From the NCBI RefSeq assembly GCF_006345805.1, contig NC_043023.1, positions 4,712,001 through 4,776,000 on the forward strand: DNA of 64,000 bases, read 5' to 3'. Made by a program: the position numbers and the translations under genes. A model generated the notes under the pieces. The model did not search any database. It was not told the origin of the DNA and was given only the letters and a program-made list of their open reading frames with translations. This DNA comes from Octopus sinensis. Its lineage: Eukaryota. Shown piece after piece: positions 1-12,237 of this stretch (positions are counted from its first letter, which is position 1; every line of letters begins with the position of its first letter).

Positions 1-1750
1 GGTTGATGGTGGTGGTGATGGTGGTGGTGGTAATGGTGGTGGGTGGTGGTGGTGATGGTTGTGGTGGTGATGGTGGTGGTTGATGGCGGTGGTGATGGTG
101 AGGGTGGGTTTGGTGGTGGTGATGGTGGGGGGGTGGTGATGGTGATGGTGGTGGTGATGATGGTGGTGGTGATGGTGGTGATGGTGATGGTGGTGGTGAT
201 GGTGGTGATGGTGATGGTGGTGGTTGGGGGTGGTGGTGGTGGATGGTGATGGTGAATGGTGGGTTGGTGATGGTGATGGTGGTTTTGGTGGTGGTGTGTG
301 ATGGTGGTGGTGATGGTGATGTGGGGTGGTGGTGGTGGTGATGGTTGATGGTGGGGTGGTGGTGGTGGTGGTGGTGATGTGATGGTGTGGGGTTGTGGTG
401 GTGGTGATGGTGATGGTGTGTGGTGGTGGTGGTGGTGGTGGTGGTGGTTGATGGTGGTGGTTGTGGTGGTGATGGTGATGGTGGTGGTGGTGATGGTGGG
501 GGTGGTGTGTGGGTGGGGGGGGTGGTGGTGGTGGTGGTGATGGTGGTTTTGGTGGTGGTGGTGATGGTGATGGTGGTGGTGATGGTGGTGGTGGTGGTGG
601 TGATGGTGGTTGTGTGGTGGTGGATGGTGGGTGGTGGTGATGGTGATGGTGGTGGTGGTGGTTGTGGTGATGGTGGTGTTGGTGGTGTGGTGATGGTGAT
701 GGTGGTGGTGATGGTGGTGGTGGTGGTGGTGGTGGTGGTGGTGGTGGTGGTGATGGTGGTGGTGGTGGTGGTGATGGTGGTGGTGGTGGTGGTGATGGTG
801 ATGGTGGTGGTGGTAATGGTGGTGGTGGTGGGGGTGATGGTTTTGGTGGTGGTGGTGATGGTGATGGTAATGGTGGTGGTGATGGTGATGGTGGTGGTGG
901 TGATGGTGGTGGTGGTGGTGGTGGTGGTGATGGTGGTGGTGGTGATGGTGATGGTGGTGGTGAGTGGTGGTGGTGGTGTGGTGATGGTGGTGGGTGGTGG
1001 TGGGTTGGGGTGGGTGGTGTGATGATGGTGGTTGTGGTGGTGGTGGTGGTGGTGGTGATGGGTTTTTTGGTGGTGGTGGTGATGGTGATGGTGGTGGTGA
1101 TGGTGGTGGTGGTAATGGTGGTGGTGGTGGTGGTTGTGTGGTGGTGGTGGTGATGGTGGTGTGGTGATGGTGGTGGTGATGGTGGTGGTGATGGCGGTGG
1201 TGATGGTGATGGTGGTTTTGGTGGTGGTGATGGTGGTGGTGATGGTGATGGTGGTGGTGATGGTGATGGTGGTGGTGATGGTGGTGGTGATGGTGATGGT
1301 GGTGGTGATGGTGATGGTGGTGATGGTGAGTGGGTGGGGGATGGTGGTGTGATGGTGTTGATGGTGATGGTGGTGGTGGTAAAGTGGTGGTGATGGTGGT
1401 GGTGGTGGTGGTGATGATGGTTGGTGTGGTGGTGGTGGTGGTGGTGGTGATGGTGGTGGTGATGGTGGTGGTGGTGATGGGATGGTGGTGTGGATGGTGG
1501 GGGTGGTGGTGGTGATGGTGGTGTGATGGTGGTGGTGGTGAGGGTGAGGGGGGGGGGGGGGGTGGGGGGGGGGGGGGTGGGGGGGTGGTGATGGTGTGTT
1601 GTGGGGTTGGGATGTGGGGTGATGGTGGTAATGGTGATGGTGATGGTGGTGGCGATGGTGGTGGTGATGGTGGTGGTGGTGAATAGTAACGATGATGATG
1701 GTGATGGTGGTGGTGATGGTAGTAGTAGTGGTGGTGGTAGTAGTGGTGAT
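1..1750. repeat. Degenerate (GGT/GAT)n trinucleotide tract
   Basis: Continuous ggt/gat triplets; the Val/Met/Gly ORFs are its read-through. Confidence 0.95.
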
Positions 1751-2139
1751 GGTGATGGTGGTGAATAGTAACGATGGTAATGGTCATGGTTGTAGTCGTG
1801 GTGGTAATGATGGTGGTGGTGATGGTGATGGTGTGGTGGTGGTATGTGTTTTTTTGTGTAATACGTGGCATCACTACCACCACTGACATACTACCGCTAT
1901 ACCACCGCAACCACTGCATCAGCGACCACCATCACCAATAACACCGCCTGTCTTACACCAACACGACCAGGACCTCCACCACCAGCAGCAGCAGCAGCAG
2001 CATCGGCTACATGAAAACCAAGAAGAAGACCGACAAGAGAAAGCAACAGCCAAACCGTACAGCACCAAAAGCCAACGACGTGGGCGAGAACGAGGCGGGG
2101 CGGAAGTGTGGAGATGCATAAATAGCGAATGCCTGGTGT

Positions 2140-2253
2140 GTGTGTGTGTGTGTTTATCTATCTATATATATATATATATTATATAATATATATATATATA
2201 CAGGTATGCACATATATGTATGTATATGTATGTATATATATTATATTGTTATA

Positions 2254-2327
<74 letters not shown>

Positions 2328-2460
2328 TGTGTATAAATATATATATTGTATATATATATATATATATAATGTATCTATCTATATATATACATATACATAT
2401 ATATATATATATCATATATATATGTATTTATATATGTATGTATATGTATGTATATGTATG

Positions 2461-2494
<34 letters not shown>

Positions 2495-2650
2495 ATATAT
2501 ATTGTATATCTATCTATCTATATATATATATATATGTATTTATATATGTATGTATATGTATGTCATGTATGTATGTATATATATATATTGGTTTCATACC
2601 ACGTGACACAACACACACACACACATATACATACATACATACACACTACC
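2140..2650. repeat. (TA)n/(TG)n microsatellite mosaic
   Basis: Directly visible. Confidence 0.9.
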
Positions 2651-3309
2651 GGAAGTGTGGGCGCGATATATGGCGGTAGTTATGGTGTTGTTGATGGTGA
2701 ATAGTGGATGCGAAGGCGGTAGTGGTGTGTCTTGCTCAACACCCCAATCCTTACTGTATTGGTGTACAATCACGTGGTAGGCGTAATGTAGGCGGCGAAA
2801 ACTTTTTTGTGAGCGTTCATGTCTAATAGCGTGGGTGTTACCGTGGGTGTGCAACACACATGCATGTATGTATGGTATGCACATACATCCGAATTATAAT
2901 ACCAGAATATTTTGGAAGTTTACTTCTCAACCATGACGATACGGGTTCTATCTCACTGCATAACATCTTGACCATACTTTAACCTTGGGTTGAGCCAAGA
3001 ATTTTGAGTGAAATTGCAGACATGGAAACTGTATGGAAGTCCGTCAAATTGGAGTGTACCTGCAATTCTAATCTCTGCCGGAGGTTTATGGTAAGGGTGC
3101 CTGGGAGATACTCAACCACTTACTTAAGATATGTTTCACGGTTGATTCATCTCGAAAATTACTTTAGAGATATAACTGCGGAGCACTCGGCCAGTTACAC
3201 ATTGATACAGCAATAAAGTAGTTCAGTTAATCGAACAACTGTAATAATTATCGTCGAAACCGACGGAGATCCATGTTTCCCTTCTAAACTGCGCACGTAA
3301 GTGCATGCG

Positions 3310-3329
3310 TGTATGTGTGCACACGCGCG

Positions 3330-3361
<32 letters not shown>

Positions 3362-3865
3362 TGTATGTATGTATGTATGCATGTATGTATGTACGTATGT
3401 ATGTATGTGAGTGTATGTATGTATGTATGTATGTATGCATGTATGTACGTATGTATGTATGTATGTATGTATGTATGTATGTATGTATGTGTATGTATGT
3501 ATGTATGCATGTATGTATGTATGTATGTATGCATATATGTACGTATGTATGTACGTATGTATGTATGTATGTATGTATGTATGTATGTATGTATGTATGT
3601 ATGTATGTATGTATGCATGTATGTATGCATGTATGTATGCATGTATGTATGCATGTATGTATGTATGCATTATGTATGTATGCATGCATGTATGTATGTA
3701 TGTATGTATGTATGTATGCATGTATGTATGTATGTATGTATGCATGTATGTATGTATGTATGCATGTATGTATGCATGTATGTATGTATGTATGTATGTA
3801 TGTATGTATGTATGTATGTATGTATGCATGCATGCATGCATGTATGTATGTATGTATGTATGTGT
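3310..3865. repeat. (TATG)n tetranucleotide microsatellite
   Basis: Directly visible; source of the MYVC/HTYI ORFs. Confidence 0.95.
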
Positions 3866-4038
3866 GTAAATATATACATATATTAATACATATCAAAAAA
3901 AGAGATGACAAAAGAATAACGGATTATCGGATAATCTGTTATTCTAATGTCATCTTTTTTTTCTTATTACCGTTCTGCAAACTTCAGAAGCATAACGCAT
4001 ATTAAGTTCTTCGCCAGGTTATTAGTATCACATGTGAA

Positions 4039-4357
4039 GGCGCGTGGCTTAGTGGTTAGGAGCATTCAGCTCATTTTCGTAAGGTCGTGAGTTCAATTCC
4101 CGGCGGCGCATTGTGTCCTTGAGCAAGACACTTTATTTCACGTTGCTCCAGTCCACTCAGCTGGCAAAAATGAGTTGTACCTGTATTTCAAAGGGCCAGC
4201 CTTGTCACACACTGTGTCAGATTGAATCTCCCCGAGAACTACGTTAATGGTACACATGCTTGTTGAGTGCTCAGCCACTACTACGTTAATTTCACGAGCA
4301 AGCTGTTCCGTTGATCGTATCAGCTGGGACCCTCGTCGTCGCAACCGACGGAGTGCT
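4039..4357 (+). mobile_element. tRNA-derived SINE, family B
   Basis: Pol III box A (GGCTTAGTGGTTAGG) and box B (GAGTTCAATTCC), then body GTGTCCTTGAGCAAGACACT; related minus-strand copies at ~45770-46020 and ~54005-54320. Confidence 0.8.
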
Positions 4358-4544
4358 CTATTAGTATTGCAATGCCTAAGCGAAATGCGAAAACACACAC
4401 ATACACATATACCTACCACGTGATTGACACCAATACGTTGACGAGGGGGGTGTTGAGCAAGACACACCCATGACATCCCTTGACACTAACCCCTTGACAT
4501 CCACTATCACCACCAACACCATAACCACCACCGCCATATATGTA

Positions 4545-4650
4545 AGTATGTATGTGTCATTATTCAGTTTTATTTCAAGATTTCTTGCCAGTAGAGAACG
4601 AGCCAGTTTCTAAGCTAGATCCAAGGCTCCTTCACTGGAATTTCAACATC
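4545..4650. repeat. Unclassified interspersed repeat
   Basis: TATGTCATTATTCAGTTTTATTTCAAGATTTC...AGATCCAAGGCTCC recurs at ~30235-30315. Confidence 0.6.
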
Positions 4651-4741
4651 AACAACAGGGTATGTATGTATGTATGTATGTATGTATGTATGTATGTATG
4701 TATGTATGTATGTATGTATGTGTGTATGTATGTATGTATGT

Positions 4742-5830
4742 GCAGATTTGTATGCTTTCTCATGCATATAGCCGCATATCTAGACATGCTCATATATATT
4801 TAAATGATAAACGTCTGGAAAGTTTTACAGATTCTTACAGTTCCGGAGATGGATTGGATCTGAAGTCGTCGAATTAGCTTTCTCCTTTCTAGTTTTGAGA
4901 AGCCTAATTTCTTAAGATTGGTATTTAGGCAATGTTTTACATATCCCAGTGCCCCAATAATTACAGGTATAAACTCGAACTTGTAACCGGGATAGAGTAA
5001 CTGCAGATTTCTCAATAGTTCAGCATAGGTGTTCTCTTTTTCACTGATCTTCAGCATTATATTAACATCTTCTGGGCAGCTAATTTCTACAACTGTGCAC
5101 AGTTTCTCTTCTCAGTCCCAAATCATTCTACCAGGTCTGCTGTGCTTACATTTTATTCAGGTCTTCACTAGTGCATTTCACCAATATTCCTTTTTATTAT
5201 GAGTGGCTATGGCTTCTACCATATTGTGGATTCTTATTCATTCGTCCTCGGGATTATCCTTCCTACGGATTTCATTCATGTCTCATTGGTAGATAGTACC
5301 GTGATGACATTTTCGGACAACTGCTTACGATGTGGGTGATATCTTCAGTGTGAACTCCACAAAATCTGCATCGCTTGTCACATTTTACTGCTTTTCCTGC
5401 CTCTCTATCCCTTTTGTGCATCAGGTACTTGGTTGATATTTCCTGTTCCTGGATTGCAAATGCATACCCTTCAAAGTGGGAGGTAGTAATCCGGTTATTG
5501 GTCCTTGATAAACTGCTTTGATGATCGATGTTACTATCATCTCGGAGCTTTCAACAAACATATCCATGCATAGTCTTCAGCCTATATAGGCTCTCGGTTG
5601 AGTCGTGCGACTTCTTTGAGCATGTTTTCCAGGTTACAAGACAACGAGTGTTGCTCAGGGAGCTGCCTTCCAAGTCTTATGATGTTATCAGCCTCATGTA
5701 TGCGAATTTGTTCAAGGGATGCACTTCGACACTTGGTGGTTAAATATGTTGCCGAAGGGATATGATACGGCGTCCAAATGCATTCGGGATTGATGTTAAG
5801 CCTCTGCTGCCTTGTTTTCGTTTTAGGTAC
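4742..5830 (-). mobile_element. 5'-truncated RLE non-LTR retrotransposon (R4/Dong-like), decayed
   Basis: Minus-strand translation gives the post-RT motif YLKRKQGSRGLTSI, EGYAFAIQEQEISTKYL, the CCHC knuckle CRFCGVHTEDITHIVSSCP and the RLE motifs KHSRP...VVEISCP...KISEKENTYAEL...FIPVIIGALG. It contains stops and frameshifts and is flanked by (TATG)n on both sides. Confidence 0.85.
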
Positions 5831-6070
5831 GCATGTATGTATGTATGTATGTATGTATGTATGTATGTATGTATGTATGTATGTATGTGTGCATGTATGA
5901 ATGTATGTATGTGTGTATGTATGTATGTATGTATGTATGTATGTATGTATGTATGTATGTATGTATGTATGTATGTATGCATGAAAGTACGTATGTATGT
6001 ATGTATTATGTATGTATGTAGTATGTATGTATGTATGTATGTATGTATGTATGTATGTATGTATGTATGT

Positions 6071-6384
6071 GCAGATTTGTGTATTTTGTTTTGTGTATGT
6101 ATTCTTATGTATATAGTTACATATCTAGACATGCTCATATATATTAAAATGATAAACTTGTGGAAAGTTTCGCAGATTTTGACAGTTCCAGTGATGAATT
6201 GGATCTGTAGTCTTTGAATTAGCTTTCTCCTTTCTGGTTTTAAGAAGCCTAATTTCTCAAGATTGGTATTTAGGCAGTGTGTTACATATCCCAGGACCCC
6301 AATAATTATAGGTATAAACATGAACTTGTAATCTGGATAGAGTAACTACAGATTTCTCAATAGTTCAACTTAGGTGTTCCCTTT
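6071..6384 (-). mobile_element. Second, shorter 3' fragment of the same R4/Dong-like LINE
   Basis: FIPIIIGVLGYVTHCLNTNLEKLGF plus the same 3' UTR as 4742-5050; flanked by (TATG)n on both sides. Confidence 0.85.
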
Positions 6385-6806
6385 GTATGTATGTATGTAT
6401 GTATGTATGTATGTATGTATGTATGTATGTATGTATTTCCTGGGTTGTGGGACCCTAGTTTGGGAATTCCTGAGTTTTGGGGAGTGTGGAATCACCCTTT
6501 AGGCACATTACCCTTGTTCCCAGATCTACTTTGACCCGGTGTAGTAACACCAGATAGGGTCCTAGTTACGTGTTAGTTAGCATGCTAGGGCTTGCATACC
6601 AATGCATGTGAAGACCTTCATGATTCAACGCAGGAGAAGGCAACCGCAGGGGAAGGCAGCCGCAGGAATGATACGTGGAATGAAGAGGGCAAGATGAGGC
6701 AAGTAAAACCTATTGGTCATCCACTGAATTTATCTTCATCCTCAGTCGTTTTCATCGGTCTTGCCACTGAGTTAAAGATAGTCACGGACGAGAGAGTGAG
6801 GTTGAC

Positions 6807-7476
6807 GGTATGCAAGGCGGCGAGCTGGCAGAAACGTTAACACGCCGGGCGAAATGCTTACCGGTATTTCGCCTGTCGTTACGTTGTGAGTTCAAATTCC
6901 GCCGAGGTCGACTTTGCCTTTCATCCTTTCGGGGTCGATAAATTAAGTACCAGTTACGCACTGGGGTCGATATAATCGACTTAATACCTATGTCTGTCCT
7001 TGTTTGTCCCCTCTATGTTTAGCCCCTTGTGGGTAATAAAGAAATAGGTATGCAAGGCGGCGAGCTGGCAGAAATGTTAGCACGCCGGGCGAAATGCTTT
7101 GCGGTATTTCGTCTGCCGCCAGGTTCTGAGTTCAAATTCCGCCGAGGTCGACTTTGCCTTTCATCCTTTCAGGGTCGATAAATTAAGTACCAGTTACGCA
7201 CCAGTGCGTAACTGGTACTTAATTTATCGATGCAATCGACTTAATAGCTATGTCTGTCCTTGTTTGTCCCCTCTATGTTTAGCCCCTTGTGGGTAATAAA
7301 GAAGTAGGTATTTCGTCTGCCGTTACGTTGTGAGTTCAAATTCCGCCGAGGTCGACTTTGCCTTTCATCCTTTCGGGGTCGATAAATTAAGTACCAGTTA
7401 CGCACTGGGGTATGTCTGTCCTTGTTTGTCACCTCTATGTTTAGCCCCTTGTGGGTAATAAAGAAATAGGTATGCA
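6807..7476 (+). mobile_element. Three tandem or partial copies of a tRNA-head SINE (family D)
   Basis: Repeated GGCGAGCTGGCAGAA...GAGTTCAAATTCCGCCGAGGTCGACTTTGCCTTTCATCCTTTC...GTCGATAAATTAAGTACC units. Confidence 0.85.
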
Positions 7477-7954
7477 ATTCTTCTTCCCTTTAAACAAAGT
7501 TATCAGTCATTGAATACGATGTGGCTTTCGTAAACTTAAATTCATTCATCGAAAAGAAATTGGCAGTTATTGGGGATGCAGAAAAATAATTGTTTCGTGA
7601 CCTGGTTATAGAACCACAATTTCTTGTTCGAGAATGAGTTCAATAACACAGACAGCTTTTGATAATGTGATTCTATCCACGTCCCGTGGTGGCCGGATTT
7701 GCGGAGTAATACTGTAAAGACAATTAAAATTTATTTTCTTTTTTCACAACTATCGGAGCGCTTCGCACTCCTCGCGAACGCAGGTTCGTGAGATGGTTGT
7801 GATCTATAAACAGTTTTGAGTAGGAAAGAATGAACACGCAATGCGCATGTGCACACTGAATTCGTATAATGGAAGAAAAAGAATGAAAACGCAATGCTCA
7901 TATCAAAATGAAACGGAAGAGAAGAATAAATTCAAGTTTATATCAACGAAATAC

Positions 7955-8184
7955 CTATTTCTGTACTACCCACAAGGGGCTAAACACAGAGAGGATAAAC
8001 AAGGACAAACAAACGGATTAAATCGATTATATCGACCGCAGTGCGTAACTGGTACTTATTTTATCGACCCCGAAAGGATGAAAGGCAAAGTCGACCTCGG
8101 CGGAATTTGAACTCAGAACATAGCGGCAGATGAAATACCGCTAAGCATTTCACCCGGCGTGCTAACGTTTCTGCCCGCTCGCCT
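7955..8184 (-). mobile_element. SINE family D copy
   Basis: Reverse complement of the 6807-7050 unit; further copies at ~12770-12950 (-), ~41400-41610 (+) and ~49950-50175 (-). Confidence 0.85.
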
Positions 8185-8759
8185 GCAGGGACTTTCAAGA
8201 CATTGTAGTTGGAGAGAAAAGGGGGGTGCAACAGCTTGTAATTATTACAGTTAATTAGATTGAGCAGCATGAAATAAAAAGCTTTACTCAAGAACACAAC
8301 GCATTGCCAAATCGAAGACTCGAACCCCCGTCCTTATGATCATGAACCAAACACCCTTATCACTAGGCTATCGCTTCCACACGAGTAAAAGCTGTAGATA
8401 TTTTTAAACAAGAAAATTGCAGCGAAGCTGCGTGATAGTGGCGTCAGACGTAGCATGTAGACTATCTCTCCAACTACAACTTCCTGAAAGTCAAAATTGG
8501 ATGGTGGGGCTGACATCATATTGGATTAAAAAAAAAAATAAACATGTCAAACCTCTGAATGCGCAACTGCTGGAGGTGGTAGCCCCGGGACATCTAGCAA
8601 CGGACGTAAACAATCAATTACCGGCAGCTATGTGTGAGTAGCGAACACATCAGATAATTGTTCATTCTGCCAGCTAGCTGCTGCTGCTGATGTGTGGCTA
8701 TAAGTGTTTAAAAGAACCCTCTTTATAATATGGGAGTTAAATTACTGACTTATGTTGGT

Positions 8760-9152
8760 TACTCTTTTACTTGTTTCAGTCATTTGACTGTGGCCATGTT
8801 GGAGCACCGCCTTTAGTCGAAGAAATCGACCCCGGGACTTATTCTTTGTAAGCCATAGTACTTATTCTATCAGTCTCTTTTGCCGAACCGCTAAGTTACA
8901 GGGACGTAAACACACCAGCATCGGCTGTCAAGCGATCTCGGGGGGGGGGGGGTACAAACACACACACACACACATATATACATATATACGACAGGCTTCT
9001 TTCAGTTTCCGTCTACCAAATCCGCTCACAAGGCTTTGGTTGGCCCGAGGCTATAGTAGAAGACACTTGCTCAAGGTGCCGCACAGTGGGACTGAACCCG
9101 GAACCATGTGGTTCGTAAGCAAGCTACTTACCACACAGGCACCCCTGCGCCT
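8760..9152 (-). mobile_element. CORE-type tRNA SINE (family A)
   Basis: Minus strand reads a tRNA-like head (TAGGCGCAGG...GGTTCAGTCCCAC), a CORE-like CACCTTGAGCAAGTGTCTTCTACTATAGCC, an internal microsatellite and a shared 3' tail. It resembles the octopus OR-type CORE-SINEs as recalled, not database-checked. Confidence 0.85.
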
Positions 9153-9669
9153 AGTTGTTGAAAATAATTTCCTACAGAAGTATGAATGTGAAAAAGAGAC
9201 ACATTACCTACTGTGAAAACGACAATATCTGCGCAGTCTTTAGGTGTTTGAGGTTTCCATTCTCTACCCATCCATCACTCTCTTCGTACACAAAACATTT
9301 CCTCGCTGTTTTATCCCAACTCACTTCTACTCACCTCATACCTTGAGGAATCACCCTGAGACTTTCATTACCCGTATTTTATCTCTCCACCTCTACCTCA
9401 ACTATTCCCACCCGCTCTTTAATATGGCGCTGTCGTCAGCGAACACAGATCTGTGACCGATCTCATGTACGCCGATGACGACGCCATCTTCGCCGCCAAT
9501 GACGCCGGAGCTACGGAAATCTTCTAAAACATTCCCGCTTCACTCGGCCTTATAGTCTCAGAATCAACGCGGACGAGACGAAAGATGGCTCACCGGCCAT
9601 TGTGTATCTTGATGCCATTCAGATTGAGCAGGTCTGGAAGTTCAAATATCTCAGCTCACTGGCATCAAC

Positions 9670-9900
9670 AAGGCGGTGGCAAAAGATGGCAGGAAGCAGT
9701 GACACAGATCAATGCACATTCTGTAACGAGGAGGTGGAACCTGCAGAACATCTCTGGCTGAGATGTCCGGCCCCGATGGTGGAACGCTATATCTGCCAAC
9801 TAGGGGCTACAATTGATGAGATGATTTGTCTCCCTCCCACGGCTCTAGCGCTTCTGAGAGCTATTCTTGAGGTGACCAACAACAACAACAAACATCAACA
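9670..9900 (+). mobile_element. 3' end of a different LINE with CCHC knuckle and (AAC)n tail
   Basis: QCTFCNEEVEPAEHLWLRCP followed by aacaacaacaacaa. Confidence 0.6.
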
Positions 9901-10299
9901 ACAGAGATCAATTGTTGAATCGAGTCTGCGAGTTCTGCATTCACATCCCTTTGATGGGATGTCCAGAAGAAGCCCAACATCTCCCTAAGGACCAAGATAC
10001 GTCTTTTTTGCAAGCTAATTTTGCCTGTCCTCGTCTACAGCGTCGAGACCGGGGCCATCTTCAAACAGGACCTGAACAAGCTCAAGGTGTTCCAAGTGTG
10101 GCGTCTTCATCAGATCTTTGGTGTCTCTCTACATGACCGAATCTCAAACAACATCTGAGAACAATACCAGCAGCAGCGAACCAATGAAGACCAAGTCCAG
10201 TAGCGCAGGCCACAGTGGTTTGGCCACATCTGCAGGATGAGCACAGGAACACTGCCACACCAACTTTTGTGGAAGAAGTGACTCACTCACTGGAGAATC

Positions 10300-10623
10300 C
10301 AATGCCTTTCCTTTCCTTTACGCCCTTTTCAAGCCTAGCCAGGCTCATGGGCCCGGTTTCCCGGTTTTTGTGGTGTATGTGTTCCCCCCAGCTAGACGGG
10401 ACGCCAGTCCATCGTAGCGTTACTTAAGAAACAGGAAGAAAGAGTGAGAGAAAGTTGGGGCGAAAGAGTACAACAGGGATCACCACCACCCCCTGCCGGA
10501 GCCTCGTGGAGCTTTTTGGTGTTTTCGCTCAATAAACACACACAACACCCGGTCTGGGAATCGAAACTGCGATCCTCTGACCGCGAGTCCGTTGCCCTAA
10601 CCACTGGTCCATTGCGACTCCAC
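10300..10623 (-). mobile_element. tRNA-head SINE, family C
   Basis: Head GCAATGGACCAGTGGTTAGGGCAACGGACTCGCGG...GTTTCGATTCCC; further copies at ~20350-20625 (-) and ~59475-59765 (+). Confidence 0.8.
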
Positions 10624-11189
10624 GAGAATCCAATGCAGCGCACCAAAAATGACTCGGGCGAAACAAATTGAGGAAGACTTGAAGTCGCAGCGTCTCGACC
10701 TCAAGCATGCTGAGCCGAGTGTCTTGGATTAGAAAGCATCATCACCAGAGTCCTACATTGTCATGACAACTCACAGCAGGGTATTGGTTGAGCGGAGAGC
10801 CCTCACCGCTTCCACCACTCCGGTCGCCAGCTAGGGATTTTACTTACTTTTTTTTACTTATTTCTCTGGTTTGAATAGCCATTTAACACCGCAACCCTAA
10901 GTAACTGTTCTGTTCTGCTCCTTTCACTTATGTATTAGATGGCTGCATATAGCTGTTTAGCGTCTATATATAGAAGATTCTAATGAATATACTCGCCGTT
11001 CCCAGCTTGAATCTGCTTACCAGCCGACGTTGATAATAGACAAGGGAGTGAATTACTGTTTTATGGCGTTATAGAGGAATTGCACAACCGTCGTAACAAT
11101 ATTGCATAACATAGCTTAACATCTCATCTCCTAGCACAAAGTTGCCTCTGCTGTAGACGAAGGGAATCTGAGTCTTGCTAGGTGGCGTC

Positions 11190-11375
11190 ACTAGTGCTGG
11201 CACCACGAAAAAGTATCCGGTAAAAGTTTAAATTGGTTGGCGTTAGGAAGGGCATCCAACCATCGAAACCATGCCAAAGCAGACATTAGTGCATGATGCA
11301 GTTGTCGGACACGTCGGAGATTGTTAAACCGTCCAACCCATGCCAGCATAGAAACTGGACGTTAAGATATGATGA
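11190..11375 (+). mobile_element. RTE LINE 3' UTR fragment
   Basis: GGCGTTAGGAAGGGCATCCA...CCGTCCAACCCATGCCAGCAT...GATGATG matches the 3' end of the RTE at 44415-45692. Confidence 0.7.
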
Positions 11376-11559
11376 TGTGCAGAGTAAGGTTAGGCAAGAG
11401 AGAAGAAATAAAAATCCGAACTAACTTTCAAGTGAAAGTTGGTGACTAAACGAAGGAACCATGGCAATATTTGAGCTTTTATGTTTTCAAATTTTCAGCG
11501 ATTTTATGCTAGGCTAGTGAATCATTTTGAAAATCTTTTTATTGTTGAAGTGATTGGAC

Positions 11560-11760
11560 TGCGGCCATGCTGGATCACTGCATTGAAGAGTATAGTCGAA
11601 TAAATCAAACTCAGTACTTACACTTAAGTCTGGCACTTATCCTATCGGCATCTTTTGCCGAACCGCTAAGTTATGGGATGTATGCAAACCAGCATCGGTT
11701 GTTATTCGGTAAGGGAACAAACACAAATACAATGATATTAACGCACATACACACACATAG

Positions 11761-11813
<53 letters not shown>

Positions 11814-11900
11814 CACGAAAGATTTCAACGCAGTTTCCGTCTACTAAATTCACTCACAAGGCATTGGTCGGCAGAGGGCTGTAGTAGAAGACACTTACCT
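11560..11900 (-). mobile_element. CORE-type SINE family A
   Basis: Same consensus as 8760-9152, diverged. Confidence 0.75.
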
Positions 11901-12104
11901 ATGATGCGCTGTTAAAGACTGAACTTGAAACTATATGATTGCAAAGTGAGCCTCTTGTCAACACCGCCTGTATATATACTTGTATATAAATCCCGGTATT
12001 AGAACTCAGTACACATATGCTTCGGCATGTAGCGAGTACAGAGCGTGACATGAAATTTAAATGAATTACAAAGGAACAGATGCTTTCCCAAATAAAGCTG
12101 CGTT

Positions 12105-12205
12105 TCATTTTTGAAATTCCAAAGAAGTTATTAGCTGATGCACAAGGACTCGGCTGTGAGTGTACTGCATTTTATAGCAGAAACTGTTGTAAGCTAATGA
12201 ACTTC
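12105..12205 (+). repeat. Old copy of the 55.1-55.4 kb hammerhead-bearing repeat (degenerate)
   Basis: GAAGTTATTAG...TTATAGCAGAAACTGTTGTAAGCTAATGAA aligns to 55344-55420; the 5' core is eroded. Confidence 0.55.
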
Positions 12206-12237
12206 ATTTCTTGTTCTTCTGTTTGCTATTTACATAC

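Larger units (their letters stand above)
9455..10760 (+). mobile_element. Fragmented RTE-clade LINE (RT and C-terminus)
   Basis: DLMYADD motif at ~9460, IEQVWKFKYLSSL, and RTE-like C-terminal remnants to ~10760; interrupted by other insertions. Confidence 0.6.

Noticed and set aside
1860-2130. Gln/Cys-rich short ORFs
   Set aside because: Degenerate triplet-repeat sequence, likely low-quality consensus.
4039-4110. tRNA genes at SINE heads (also 10550-10620, 37570-37640, 59475-59545 and others)
   Set aside because: They have box A/B but no complete cloverleaf and run straight into SINE bodies.
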